From NCBI RefSeq assembly GCF_001194135.2, contig NC_068982.1:51371886-51435885 (forward strand): DNA of 64,000 nucleotides, written 5' to 3'. Both the position numbers and the translations under genes were made by a program. The DNA comes from Octopus bimaculoides (lineage: Eukaryota). Shown here piece after piece: positions 27,841 to 41,091 of this stretch. Below the pieces are notes generated by a model, which worked only from the letters and a program-made list of their open reading frames with translations, had not been told where the DNA came from and ran no database searches. Position 1 is the stretch's first letter. Every line of letters begins with the position of its first letter.

Positions 27841-29221
27841 TATTAATTATAACTAGATTTATAATGTCACTACATACCCCGCTCAACAATAGGTTAACAC
27901 ATGTTTATTTTATTTCCCGATATTTATTTTCTTACATCAAGATTATATTTCTGATAGAAATTAAACACACATTCTACTGTCATTTTAAGGTTCCTTTTCT
28001 CATGCTGGTAAGAGTTGGATAGTCACAAATGTTTCAGGCAAACAAAATATTCTGGCTGATATAAATACATATTTGTGTGTGAGAGTGAGAGAGAGAGAGA
28101 CAGAGACAGACAAACAGACAGGCTTTGTAGTGAAAAGAGTGTTGAGTAAAAACAATTATTATATAGATAATTTGGTAGTTTTTAAGAGAATTATATTTTA
28201 ATAATTTTTCATAATGTTTACTCTCAAATCTGACTTAGTTACTTAAAAATCACCAACCACTAAAATATTAGATGATATTACTTGCTTATTTGAAAAGACT
28301 AGGTAAATTTCAACTTTCATAAGGTATTTGCTTGTTTAAAGCATGAAATTTATGAAAGAGTCAGCTTTTGCGAGTGTATTGGTTGCACCTCACTAAGCTC
28401 TAGTGACAAGAAAACAATGGGAAAAAACAATTTTTTTTAACACCTTCTATTCTAACAGTAACAACATGAAATACAATAAAAGTTTACAGCTTACAGATGT
28501 AATTTCAACTTTCTGAAGATAATTTCTTAATTTGATAAATTCTAACAAGCATTACTTGAATGGTTTTTTTAAAAATTCATTTCAACAAAAAAATTAGATT
28601 GTCAATGGGAGGGAGACTTTATTTAAAGAAAAAAAAGCATTATTTCAGTATGTACATTGGTTTTTGAAATTATCAACAACATAATACAAGTTTGAAAAGA
28701 CAAATAATTCACAACCTATATCTAAAATATACAATTAAGTTGACAAAAATCAGAAGTGAAAAAAAAAGTAAGCAAATTAAATAACAAAATATTATAAACA
28801 AATATCAGTCTTAAGCAACTTCATGCAGAAGATGTATATGAGAGGTTGTATGAACACAATAAAGGAACCAGACTGACATTTAGTAAAAGAAGAAAATGAA
28901 TCATGCCATAACTGGATGAAGTGACAAATTAACAGATTTGCAAATTGTAAGCCCAACCCAAAAGTAGTTAAGAAATTCAGAGCCACTAAGGGAGTTTATC
29001 TTTAAGTGTGTATTTTGTGTGAAAGTACATGTGCATTTGTGTATGTGAATAAAATTTTTACGTAAGTAAATTTTTTTTTATTTATTTATTAACCAGAGGA
29101 AGTTGGACTTTATTTAGCAAAATATAAACAGATTCTTAGTACAATAAGCCAACGATTAAGTTTAAACAAATGCTAAAAAAACAAACAAAAAAAAAAAGAT
29201 ATAAAAAAAAACATAACTTAC

Positions 29222-29239
29222 CAGTTTCATTGACAACAA
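29222..29239 (-). CDS. RPRD2: Candidate 18-nt microexon (phase 1 to 1): (V)VVNET
   Basis: Minus strand reads gaatttttgtttcatttttag|TTGTTGTCAATGAAACTG|gtaagt. Strong sites, frame-preserving, 367 nt after the previous exon. Confidence 0.7.
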
Positions 29240-29606
29240 CTAAAAATGAAACAAAAATTCAAATCATTATCTATATCAAACAAGGATATTTTTTTTTATT
29301 ATAGAGTATCTTTGCTATTTTTCAAAGTACCAATTATATTTATGAACTGAATATTAAATGAAACTTATTTATATCAGATATATCATGGGATTTCAGTTAA
29401 ACAAGGAATATGGTTAAAAAATAAACCTTTAGAATGTTAAAATAAGTTGCTCTTACCACAAAAAGTCAAGAAGTTATGTGTTAATTTTCTACTTAATTAT
29501 ACGAATTTAATAGAAATTACTCTGAGTTTTAGAATAACTTGTTGGCTAACAGGAAAAGGAATATTACCAAAAGTATAAAAAAGTAAAAGATTTGAAGCTA
29601 AGTTAC

Positions 29607-29838
29607 CTAATATATTTCGAGTTGCATCATTTTCATCATTGTCAGAATCAGAAAGTTCCATATCAATTGCCTCTGTGTTATCTTGCTGTGTATCTACGTC
29701 TGCTGGTGGAGTACTACTAGGTGATGGAGCATCAGGTGTAGGTGAAGGCAGAGGACTAGCTGGATCTGGTAATGACAACTTCAGTTCATCAAGTTTCTTT
29801 TTCACAATTGCAACTCTAGAACCAAAGTTTTTATATGC
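29607..29838 (-). CDS. RPRD2: RPRD2 exon (232 nt, phase 0 to 1): AYKNFGSRVAIVKKKLDELKLSLPDPASPLPSPTPDAPSPSSTPPADVDTQQDNTEAIDMELSDSDNDENDATRNIL
   Basis: Acceptor ttttttttacttag, donor TAG|gtaact. Conserved AYKxF, LPDP..SPxPSPxxDAPSP and DMELSD motifs. Confidence 0.95.
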
Positions 29839-30172
29839 CTAAGTAAAAAAAAGTAAGAGAAAATATTTAATTCGCCAGAATAAAATAGATACACAAATAA
29901 CTGAGTTTGATCTTAAGAAACCGTAAATTTCAAAATACCAACACAAAGAGATTAAAATAAACATAAGCACACACACACACTATTTTATTGGTTTTAACCA
30001 TTTGGCTATGGCTGGGGATACCACTATGAGAAGGACTAAGAACCTATCAGTAAAACTCAAACCATACACCTACTGCTTGCTATTTGATTATTATTATTAT
30101 ATGAAATATTGTATTAAAATTTCTCATGTAAAAAAACAAAAACTTAGATGAATGGAAATTCCTGGAAATAAT

Positions 30173-30557
30173 GTTGTTGGCACTCCCTTGCTTACGACAT
30201 CGAGGGCTCCAGTTGATCCAATCAATGGAACAGCCTGCTCGTGAAATTAACATGCAAGTGGCTGAGCACTCCACAGACTTGTGTACCCTTAACGTAGTTC
30301 TCGGGGATATTCAGCGTGACACAGTGTAACAAGACTGACCCTTTGAATTACAGGTACAACAGAAACAGGAAGTAAGAGCGAGAGAAAGTTGTGGTGAAAG
30401 AGTACAGCAGGATTCGCTACCATCCCCTGCCGGAGCCTCGTGGAGCTTTAGGTGTTTTCGCTCAATAAACACTCACAACGCCCGGTCTGGGAATTGAAAC
30501 CGCGATTCTATGACCGCGAGTCCGATGCCCTAACCACTGGGCCATTGCGCCTCCACT
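30173..30557 (-). mobile_element. Full-length, young tRNA-derived SINE with 11-bp TSD
   Basis: Minus-strand head GGCGCAATGGCCCAGTGGTTAGGGC...GGTTTCAATTCCC (A and B boxes), CpG-rich body, CAACAACA tail. CTGGAAATAAT at 30162-30172 and 30558-30568. Confidence 0.92.
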
Positions 30558-31762
30558 CTGGAAATAATAAACAACAACAAATTAATTCTTCCCAGATAAA
30601 GGCAATAGAGAAATAATTCAAGAGCACTTAATCTCACAGCATTTGTCCTTGGCAGATTTACTGAAAACAAACACACACACTCTCATTCTCTCTTCAGAAC
30701 TAACCCAATCCAACCTTTCCAAGTCACAAAACCCACTTATCAAGTTCAACATCTCCACAATTTATCCTACATCAACATATCATCAATTAACCACCACCGT
30801 ACAATCTCAATGTTTAAGATAGCTAGTTCATTGAACCTCTGCCAACTCTATGCTCACTACTCAGGATAAACATGACTGCATGTCACTCTTAACTTTTTAG
30901 ATTTCATACACGTTCTTATTCACCTGGTCAATTAATACAAACACTCTAAATAATAGACAATGGAAAGAAAAAAAAAAAGAAAAAAAGTTAACATATATTT
31001 CATACTTTTTAATAATGAACAACAAATGTTAGCAGTATTTTTAATCAAGTGATTGTTTGATTATTATTATTATATTATTATTATTATTATTATCATAATT
31101 CTTGTAAAGCTAAATCAAAATAAAAACTACGAGTGACAAAACCAACAAGTCAAGGAACTCAGTTTTTAAAAATCTGTACAAAAATAAACTATATACACAG
31201 ATGTCCAAATACATTTTTTCACTTGTATCATTTTATTTGTCAAATTCATCAATGTCATTTTATTAAACAATCTGCCAGTTAACTATAAACTCTAAGAATT
31301 CATGTATCCAGAGGTGACAATCCAATTATCACTAGATACTGCTTCTTAATAAATACTCTATTAATCAGTCCATATTTTTGTCTCAAGATTTATTCCAATA
31401 CCTTTCAATGTCTATGCTGATACACACAAACATTCACCACATATACATTCTAAACAATCTGTTCGCTTCATATTCACCAAAACCCAAGTCTGTGCCTTAT
31501 CATTTTTACTTAGAATTGTTTCTTCCTGGAATGCTATTTTTGTTTGCATTCTCTCACAAACCACAAGCCTGCAATAAATGAAACTTAACATAAACTACAC
31601 TAACGCACTCAGTTCTCCCTGTGCTCCAGTCGACAAGATATTAAAAAGGTTACAGCTAATGTCCAACCACAAATTACTAAGTATTTAAAAGAAAGCAAAA
31701 CAAAAGGAGGAAAAAAACATTCAATTTTATAGTCTCAAGATTGTACAAAGACATGAACATAC

Positions 31763-31938
31763 ATTGGCAACTATCTTAGCCTCCCGATACTGGTCTTCAT
31801 AGAACAGTTCACTCTGCTCAAGCATGGTTATCATGGCAGTCCTATGGTCTATCTCTTTCTGTAAACTCACAACATAGTCATCCAGTTTGTTACAGGCATC
31901 TTCAAATTGGCGTGAAAATTCTTTTCCATGAGCTCGGT
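31763..31938 (-). CDS. RPRD2: RPRD2 coiled-coil exon (176 nt, phase 1 to 0): (D)RAHGKEFSRQFEDACNKLDDYVVSLQKEIDHRTAMITMLEQSELFYEDQYREAKIVAN
   Basis: Acceptor tttcctttcaattgtag, donor AAT|gtatgt. Lies inside listed ORF 31727..32023. Confidence 0.95.
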
Positions 31939-32515
31939 CTACAATTGAAAGGAAACAGAACAAAATCATATATAATTCATCATCATCATTTAATGTCCAC
32001 TTCTTTACACTTGCATGGGTCAAACAGAATTAAGTGAGACAGATTTCCTATGGCTGAATGTCCTCCTTGTCCCCAACCCTCACCCGTTTCCAAGCAAGAT
32101 AATATTTTCCAAAGGCTAGATACATTTTCCATTGATGACTGGAAACGAACAACTTCACTCATATGACAATGCTTATTTACAATTATTCCATGTAACATAT
32201 TCTGTGTAAACATTCAACTAGTTTGGGCATGCTTACGTTAAAGAAACAACTTTAGAATGACTTTTTTCTGTTAAAATGCTAAAAATAACTGACCAAAAAA
32301 AAAAAAAACAAGATTTAACCAAATAAAAAAATAAACTCAAATACTAAGCGAACAAAGATAAACCATCCCACTTACATTGTGTGCGCACATGCACACAAAC
32401 ACACACGCACATTCACATTCCCTCCCTTCTACATACACACACATATATTCACAGAGTTGAAATGCTGTTTGATTTATTTTTTCAGCGTACAATTTTCATC
32501 ATCGCACTACTAAGT

Positions 32516-32715
32516 ATGACATCACCCTTCCTTCATTCATAAACACAAGAGTATTATCATAGTAGATTATCTTGGTAACCATGGGAGCTATGAAAAAAAT
32601 ATGACATCACCCCTTCCTTCCTTATTCATCTATCACCCCTTCCTTTCTCATTCATAAACACAAGAGTATTATTATAGTAGATTATCTCGATAACCATGAG
32701 AACTATGAAAAATAC
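32516..32715 (+). repeat. Local tandem duplication (ATCACCCCTTCC...TTCATAAACACAAGAGTATTA...TAACCATG..CTATGAAAAA x2)
   Basis: Two near-identical 70-75 nt units plus a partial unit between them. Confidence 0.85.
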
Positions 32716-34574
32716 AAAGCCCAGCATCACCACTGGATCATTCTACACCTCTGTGTAATTTTTTGTGCAATTCCACCCAGCCGTTTGACCGTGAATCCCA
32801 AAACAAGAAAGAATCGCCATGTCAAATTTATTCTGAACTCAGTAAGACTTATTCAAGATATGCTTAATATTTAAAATATGGGCAATTTTAAAACAGTAAA
32901 TTTTAAGTGAGACTATGATAAACATTGCTTATCATATAATGAATAAGTTCTCAATGTTAAACTCAATAATTTGATCATTATTTTAGATTTTGTTTTACAA
33001 AAATTCTTAGAAGACAATTAGATTGATATGTATAACATGTAGAAGGAAAAATGTACTAGACAAATTTTTTGAGACACTGACTCAAAAAATAAAACAAAAT
33101 ATCAGATAAGAAAAAAGCTGTTATTCTTTAAACATCTTAAATGTGTAAGTTTTATGTTCATCCACACCTTAAACAAAATAAAATTACATTCCATACTTTA
33201 TAGTCAACTAAGTGGATTAAATTCAGAAACCAAACCAATTAAATATATATATATATATATACTGATAAATGTCTACTGATTCAAGATGATAACACAAAAT
33301 TCAATATGCTGTTCTTATTATGATTTTGAACAATTATCTAGTTCTAATAATAGTGCCAGCAGACGCAACATGGAAATTAGTTATTAGTTTGGTATCCAGA
33401 CAGTTTTACTAGATCTAAGTTCAGGTGTTTCTGGAGATGATATTAAAGCAAGTTGACAACACAACATAGAGTTAAGTGTAGAAACTGATACAGACGTATT
33501 ATAGCAGGTTGTCAACAAAACAGAGCTCAGTGTGAAAAAATTTATCCAAGAGTGGAAACAGATGTCCCTTCACCCACCCTTGTCCAGATTAAATGAATGT
33601 AGTGTTGAATTTAGAATAGTGTTCCAGTAGAGTGGAGTAGAAGCATACTTAAATTAACAAATGTGTTAAAGCTTAAGTCTTGAGTTCAAGGATGTAAATT
33701 ATGAGAGAAACTAACAATGCAGCCTTATAACTTCGACTTCTAATTAAACCTGAATATGAATGAATGAATTATGTTTAGGTGTCTGAACCAGTGTTAAGTA
33801 GCCATGGTGAGGCTTACCAATGCAGATCTACAGCACATAGGTAACAAATTCAGTGTTTACGAACAACTCACATACCATATTTAATCCAGTTATGACATTA
33901 TAACATTGGCTATATGTAGCATGGTATGGAAGTCAGGGCAAGTTGTATCTATTTCTTTTTCTTTGACTGAAGACAAAAGTAGAAAAACAGTCCAGATGAA
34001 CTTCGCTTATATGTTAATCCTCATTCTTTAGGATTGAACAGAGATGTTCAGTAATCCAGCATAAATTGGTAGTGCAGTTATTTTAGTAATATTTTGTGTT
34101 TATTAGGTTAGAGAAAAAAAGAATATTTTTATATGTTGTTGCAATGTCCCTAGACATTTGTGAATTATTCACATGTAGCTGTTAGGGTTGTGTGGACTGT
34201 AGCGGACAACAGCCCTGGAATGCATCTCTCATTTGTCTAAGCAGTTTTGTCTTGATATTTTCTAATAGCTTAGTCAGAAAAGGAAGAGGAAGGCTCGCAC
34301 ACCTTTTTCAGAGCTTTCAATACTAACAGGAGGTAAAGAGAAAGTTATCTTCAGACAAGAGATCTGCTTCAAATGCTTGCAACAGAGTCAATCTGATAAA
34401 GATACCCAAAGATTAGGTGGTCTTGTTAAACTGGGAAATAGAAAGTCAATCATCCAACAACAGGAACAGCCCTTTAGATAGGCTTTTCATGTTCTCATGT
34501 ATCATATTTCATCTGTAAAGTTTTAATAAACTAGAAGCTATGGTAGAAGACATTTATCCAAGGTATGGTGTTGA

Positions 34575-34990
34575 GAGTGGAGGTGTAATGTTAGGGTATC
34601 AGCTCATGATTATAAGATTGAGGTTTTGATTCCTGGACCAAGTAAAATGCATTGTATTCTTGAACAAAACACTTCATTTCATGTTGCTCCAGTCCACTCA
34701 GCTGGCAACAAGGAGTAATCTTGCAACAGACTGGCATCCCATCCATGGAGGAGTATATATGCCAGAGAAACAGGGAAACCAGCCCTACACTCCTTATAAA
34801 GTAATGTGGACTAACCATTATCTTCTGGAATCGAACCAAAAACCATAGTTGTGAAGTACACTTAACTAGAAAGCCATAGCTGTGTCCATAAATGCAGGTG
34901 TTCGAAGGACATTGTGTGAACAGCATATATTGAAAACAGTAACAGTGAAGAAGTTTCATGCAGTTACTCAATTCATTGAATGTAGTGGCC
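34575..34990 (+). mobile_element. Degraded tRNA-SINE with GTTGCTCCAGTCCACTCAGCTGG...GACTGGCATCCCATCCA central domain
   Basis: Degenerate A/B-box head followed by a motif resembling the V-domain/CORE-type SINE bodies. Family name not verified. Confidence 0.55.
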
Positions 34991-35569
34991 AAATACCCTC
35001 AAACATCTCCAAATGAAGAGCATAAGCAACCAGATCCAAGACTTATGCAAGTATGCACATAAAAAAGATGGGATAATGATACCAAGAACACTTATTAAAA
35101 AAATTTTTTCCCACACTTCAGTAGTTAGAATTTCTGTTCAATATTAAGTTTGAGACAAAAATTAAAATTACAAGAAAGGCATGGAAACTGTACAAAGCCT
35201 GTCAAATAAATAAATGTACCCACACACACGTGTAGTGTGTGTGTGTGTGTGTGTGTGTGTAATTATACTGACAGCTTGATCAGCAGTAACATTTGTTTAC
35301 ATCTATTATAAACAATATGTCCTACAACTTGGTAGTGGACATAAAGGGCAAAGAAAGAAAGTACCATACTTTAAAAACAAGGGTTGCATCAGGAAGGATA
35401 TCTGACCACAATGGTCTCACCCAACCCATTACAGCTTGGAAAATGTGAACATATGTGTGTGGACTGTATGTATATGTGTATATGCATATTTATGAGCGTG
35501 TGTATATTTATCATCATTATTTCATATATATTTTTTCTTTTTTAACCATCAATGATTGATATACTTTAA

Positions 35570-35789
35570 CCCTTTAACATTTAAACTGGCCATGTCCAGC
35601 CAAAATAATCTACTTGTTTTATATTCACACTGGCCAAATCCGGCCTCTCACACTTACCCTACAAGGTTATTCTAAAGGTAAACAATCACATCATTGAAAT
35701 CTCAGAGCTACAAGGTAATGCATGACTAATTCAAATCAATGTGAAGAAATAAGGATTACATTTGATTGAGAAATCTGAATGCTAAAGAG
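35570..35789. mobile_element. piggyBac-like MITE, same family as 1342-1556
   Basis: TTAA|CCCTTTAACATTTAAAC...CTGAATGCTAAAGAG. Internal sequence is the reverse complement of the 1.3-kb copy. Confidence 0.7.
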
Positions 35790-36215
35790 CCAAGTTTAGA
35801 GATTCTCCAAATTGTTATAATGAGATGAATAAAAGTGAACATTTGCAATATTTGCTTTAGTTTTCTGTAGGATACTAAGATGAACGTACTGAACAGTAGT
35901 AGTATTAAATTAAACAGAAATGAATATTCTATAATCCTAAAAGCAAAATGCAACTTTCTTTTCTTCTCATTCTACAAGTATTTGATAGAGGGTGGGTATT
36001 TGTCAGTATTTTCTTTTGAAGAATTATTTATTGCTGAAGATATATAAGTTCCCAGGCAGAGATCTCTGAAAATCTGATAAATTGAATGGCTATATATAAA
36101 CGTTCTGTCTAATAATTTATACTAAGGTTTTAAAATAGTAATGAAACAATACTTTAATTCCATTTAGAAAGATAAATTATCAAGTGTAAACATAGATATA
36201 ATCAGAATAAATAAA

Positions 36216-36248
<33 letters not shown>

Positions 36249-36359
36249 NNNNNNNNNNNNNNNNNNNNNNNNNNNNNNNNNNNNNNNNNNNNNNNNNNNN
36301 NNNNNNNNNNNNNNNNNNNNNNNNNNNNNNNNNNNNNNNNNNNNNNNNNNNNNNNNNNA

Positions 36360-36716
36360 TATTCTCTTTTACTCTCTTTTACTTGTTTCAGTCATTTGAC
36401 TGTGGCCATGCTGGAGCACCGCCTTTAGTCGAGCAAATCGACCCCGGGACTTATTCTTTGTAAGCCTAGTACTTATTCTATCGGTCTCTTTTGCCGAACT
36501 GCTAAGTGACGGGGACATAAGCACACCAGCATCGGTTGTCAAGCAATGCTAGGGGGACAAACACAAACACACACATATATATATATATACATATATACGA
36601 CGGGCTTCTTTCAGTTTCCGTATACCAAATCCACTCACAAGGCTTTGGTCGGCCCGAGGCTATAGTTGAAGACACTTGCCCAAGATGCCACGCAGTGGGA
36701 CTGAACCCGGAACCAT
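36360..36716 (-). mobile_element. Young, 5'-truncated composite tRNA-SINE (head, (CA/TA)n, tail ending GACTGAAACAAGTAAAAGAG)
   Basis: CpG-rich copy. Same family seen, more degraded, at about 415-850(+), 22545-22950(+), 23985-24140(+), 52625-53050(-), 53350-53630(+) and 62138-62292(-). Confidence 0.85.
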
Positions 36717-38604
36717 ATATATATATATATCCATCTAAGACATCTTTGATAGAAATGGTCAATTATTGTTTGGACATCAGAAGTAACATGCTTCCTAATT
36801 TTGGCACAAGGCCAGCAATTTTGATGGGAGAGTCAAGTAAATTACATCAGCCCTAATACATGACTGGTACTTTATTTTGTCAACTCCAAAAGGATGAAAG
36901 GCAAAGTTGATTACAGCATCTTGTCCGGCATGGTAATGAGCCTGCCAGATCACCACCTTAACACATCAGAAATAATACTACTTGGCAACAACATAGCAGT
37001 TGCAATTTTGTAACAATGATAAACTAGTGAATATTTATATCATGTTTGTTATTTCACTCTCTAAATTCCTGCGAAGCTTATTATGGTCACACATCACAAA
37101 CGCCCTTCGTTTGCAAAATTTTATGATATGTATATATATATATATCTTTAATAATTCAAAATAGTCTTTAAATAAATACCTACATTGTTTAATGTTTCTA
37201 ATATTTACTTAACACCCTTCAATCTGGATTAAACAGAAAGAAAAAAAAGAAAAGAACTTTTTTTTTTCTGATGCCATAGCTGCATTCTTTTAGACTAAAC
37301 ATTTATAGCTAAGGAATGTAATTTGTATTATTGATGCTAAAACTGGTACCTTCCTTCATCTTTAAGATTACTTTAGATTTATGAAGTTCAATAGATACCT
37401 TATTTCTGAGAAGATAGAAAGTTATATAAGAAAAAAATAAGAGAAAAGAAAAGAAAACATCTATTGGATTTTGCTTATCCAATACTAATTTCTGAAGTAA
37501 CTGAATTTCATATGCATGTGGCTGCCACATGCTGGCTAAGACTTCTACTTCCGACTGTTGGAAGACACATGCCTGACTAGTTAGTTCATAATCATGAATA
37601 TGAATACAAAGAGAGGAAATTATAGTGGGTGGCTTGAAAAGAATAAAAACAAAGACTGGTGAAAAGAAGTAGGATTGGGATGTTAGTCTTTATTATAAAC
37701 ATTTTTAAGCAGCTTTTTCTTTTATTTATCAATATATTTTTAACAAAAAAATATCATGTTACAATGCGCGAAAAGATAAAGAATAGAATTCTTTTTCAGA
37801 GGAAAGAATATAAGAAAAAAAAAATGCTTATTATGAATTTCTGAAAATATAATAATAATTAAACATATTTAACACCTCTACACTTATTGAAAACATAATA
37901 CAAACATTAAAGACTATAATGATTTACTAAAGATATCATTCACAGCCCATTGGACCATGTCAACATTTTTGTTATTAATGTTGCTGGATTTGAAAAAATT
38001 GTTCCATTTATGGTTTTTTTATCATTTACGAACACAGCTAAAAATAATTCTAACAAATTTTCTTCATAGTTTATTTAAGCCAAGTGATGTTTTATATGAG
38101 ATTAGGAAAAAAAATGTATGGGCTACTGAACAAAATAGTCTTACACATTTGAAAAAATAAAATTAACATGAAAAAAAAATAACATAGGTTACAATTGAGT
38201 AAGGGACTAATGGAATGAATTGGTAGTGGTGGTAGTGGTGGGGGGTGCAATGTTAAAGAATGTGGGAGAGATGAGAGCTTAAGAAAAAGAGATGATAAAA
38301 CAATTTTATGCAGATAATTTAAATAAGTTACATAAGTATTTTATCATCAGATAAGCTCAGAAATAATCCTGTTACATTAGAAAGATCTATTTCATCTATA
38401 AACAACCAACGAACAAAGAGGCTTTTAGTAGCTGATAGTAGGAAATATGCTTTGTCATCAAGATGTCATCTGTAGATGGATGAAGAAATGAACTTAAAAC
38501 TGTCCTGTTTTTGTTTTATTAGCTCAAACAGTATTACTTTTACAAGGGTTGGGTTCATAACTTCCTGAGAAACAGAGGATTACAGATACAAACACAATGC
38601 TTAC

Positions 38605-38731
38605 CTTTTAGTTGTTTGACAGCTTCCAAATTTGAAACATCTAAACGTAGAGTTGATAACTGAACAAATTTTAGTTCACCCTCTGATTCCAACTTAGTCA
38701 TAGATGCAACTTTTTCAAGCATTTTTTGTGT
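38605..38731 (-). CDS. RPRD2: RPRD2 coiled-coil exon (127 nt, phase 0 to 1): TQKMLEKVASMTKLESEGELKFVQLSTLRLDVSNLEAVKQLK
   Basis: Acceptor ttttttttcatag, donor AAG|gtaagc. QLSTLRLDVS...LK motif. Confidence 0.93.
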
Positions 38732-39099
38732 CTATGAAAAAAATTTATAAAATATATTGGCAACAAATAAAATCTAATAAGCATTGGAAAAAAAAGGGGG
38801 GGGGGGATAAAAGAGAAAAACAAATCTACATTTACAAAGGTGCAACATTTGGGTGAGGTTGCCACAGTTGATGTTTATTGATATAAGAGGAAGGAAATGC
38901 TGTTCTAGAAAAGGACAAAGCCAAGTGTGGGAAGCAAAACTACAGAATTTAGGAGGGGAAGAGGCATGGCTGTTTGAATGCAGAAGGAATGTAACAAGTA
39001 CAGTGATGAGCCAAACAGTCCTTATTTCATGGAAATAAATAAGCTTGAACATCTATTTTGAAGAATTTTTTTTTAGACATATTCACCATCATCAATAAT

Positions 39100-39620
39100 C
39101 TGCCTGGATAGTTACATATTTTAAACTGCTACATGAAAGAGAATTGGAATTCTCTTCCACACCAACTCAGTGCAAATTATTGACTACAAGTTTGAATACA
39201 TATATGTTGGGTACCATGTACCATTGTAGACTCAAATATGAAGGTATTATTCTCATATGTGCATTGGCACTTAATTGCTCAAAAATATGTAAGGGATTGA
39301 AACAAGTTCACATTCACTTGAAATTATCAGATTCAAGCTCATTGTCTAACTGTACATACTCTCTTTCCATCTCCCATGACTATTTTAATGAACACCACCG
39401 TTTTGGGGTTGCTGGCTTTACTTCACCCTCACTAAATGCATTTCACCACCTTAAACAACATATGAGGTTCTTAACTTCAAAAACTACCATCACATAGATT
39501 ACTTGCTATATTATTCTCTGCAATGCCATGAACCACAACTTTTAATGCTATGTATCAACACAACCAGTTTCACTTACAACATACCAAGCTAAAGGGGCTT
39601 TAATAATCCATGGCCAATGT
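39100..39620 (+). mobile_element. Possible CR1/L2-group LINE 3' relic
   Basis: ORF 39144..39497 includes SLSISHDYFNEHHRFGVAGFTSP, resembling the SLSxFYRYFNGHCS motif of this group. Confidence 0.4.
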
Positions 39621-40874
39621 TCTTCTCTGAAGGATGACAATAAAAGGTAGGCCCAAGATATGGAGAAAAAGTATGCATATGCAGTCTATTCAAGTACACT
39701 AGTCCAAAATAACAAAAGTACAACAATGATAATAATAATCCTTCCTACTATAGGCCCAGGCTGAAAATTCAGGGGAGCAGGATAGTGGATTACATCAACT
39801 CCAGTGCGACACTGGTACTTATTTTATTGACATCAAAAGGATGAGAGACAAAGTTGACCTTGGTGAAATTTGAACTCAACTGGAAGAAATGCCACTAAAC
39901 ATTTTATCCAGTGTACTAACAATTCTGTCAGCTCTCACTGCCCTAATAATAATTTAAAATTAAATAGAAAGATACTGGACATTAAGAACGTCGCTATGTG
40001 AAATGAATTTAAAAATAAATCAAAAATTGTTTGAAGTAGAAGTTAAAGAAATTATTGTTTCAGACAGTCATAAGAAAATGAAACAAAATATATAATGTAA
40101 TAATATACAAGATTGTACAAACAAATTTTAAATGGAAAATATTAAACGCATGTATCTAGAAAAAGGAGAGCATGAAACAATTTGATACAATGTTTAATAT
40201 ATTTTAGCTCTGTTCTTAACATTTTAAAGAAAATATACTTTTCAGTATGGTGAGAAAAAGGAATTTGTCATGGCTCTTGACAGAACACAGATAAATGATT
40301 ATATGACACTTAACATAAAGATCACACAATATATAGAGATTTAGTACTCATCATTGAAACAGTATATAGTTTCACACACATTTTGTGAATGGACTGTAAA
40401 TATGATAGGATGTTTGAGTCTGATCACAGACTGATTCAGAAGTAAGCTTCTTAACTATGCAGCAATGCCCGTGCCAAACATTAAGGACAACAAATATGTA
40501 TGTTATATTACTGTGGTAAAATTGTTTTTTTAAACATAATTATCTTCAAGATGGCTATGGTTGATAAGAGACCATGAGTGGAACCCTTCTGTAGGTGAAG
40601 ACTAGCTCAGTCCTTTCTGCTCCAGTCATAGTGTGCAAGCTCCAGACAAAGTGTACAAACCAAGGGGCAAAACGCTTGTAACCGAGATATCTGCTGACAA
40701 TACCAAAGGGTTTCCAGCATTGCACTGGATTTAGAAGAGCTTGCAAAATCTGAGTAGCTCCTGCAGTTTTTGCAACGGGCAAAGCATCTCTGATGTTTAT
40801 TTCACCTATTTCCCCTGTACTAATAGTACTTGAAATTTAGTACATATGTATAACTTAAGGTTTATTGATATTAA

Positions 40875-41062
40875 CCCTTTTGTTACCATATTTCTATTGA
40901 GATGCTCTGTGTTCCTTTCAATTAATTTTAAACAGAACAAAGAATTTAGTAAAATAACTTAGTTATCATTAAGCTAGTGTTAGGAACATAAATTGTGACT
41001 GAGGTTTAGTGGAAGATTTTAATTCAGAACTTTTGAAAACAAGACATTTGTACTACAAAGGA
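40875..41062. mobile_element. Second piggyBac-like MITE family, about 29 nt from the RPRD2 50-nt exon donor
   Basis: TTAA|CCCTTTTGTTAC...TACTACAAAGGA|TTAA. Confidence 0.55.
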
Positions 41063-41091
41063 TTAACAGGAATAAACATAAGAATACTTAC

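Noticed and set aside
27936-27950. 15-nt cassette tttctatcag|AAATATAATCTTGAT|gtaaga
   Set aside because: Contains TAA in phase 1 and is usable only if an unproven phase-0 exon precedes it.
28495-28541. Possible 18-nt (KVEITS) or 47-nt exon with a gtaagc donor, echoing the KVEIT motif of vertebrate RPRD2
   Set aside because: Weak pyrimidine tract. It exits in phase 0 whereas the confident neighbours are phase 1, and the 18-nt form has a stop in phase 1. Likely chance, though not excluded.
33340-34350. Possible piggyBac transposase relic
   Set aside because: Only vague motif echoes (SVYEQL); no TIRs or consistent frame.
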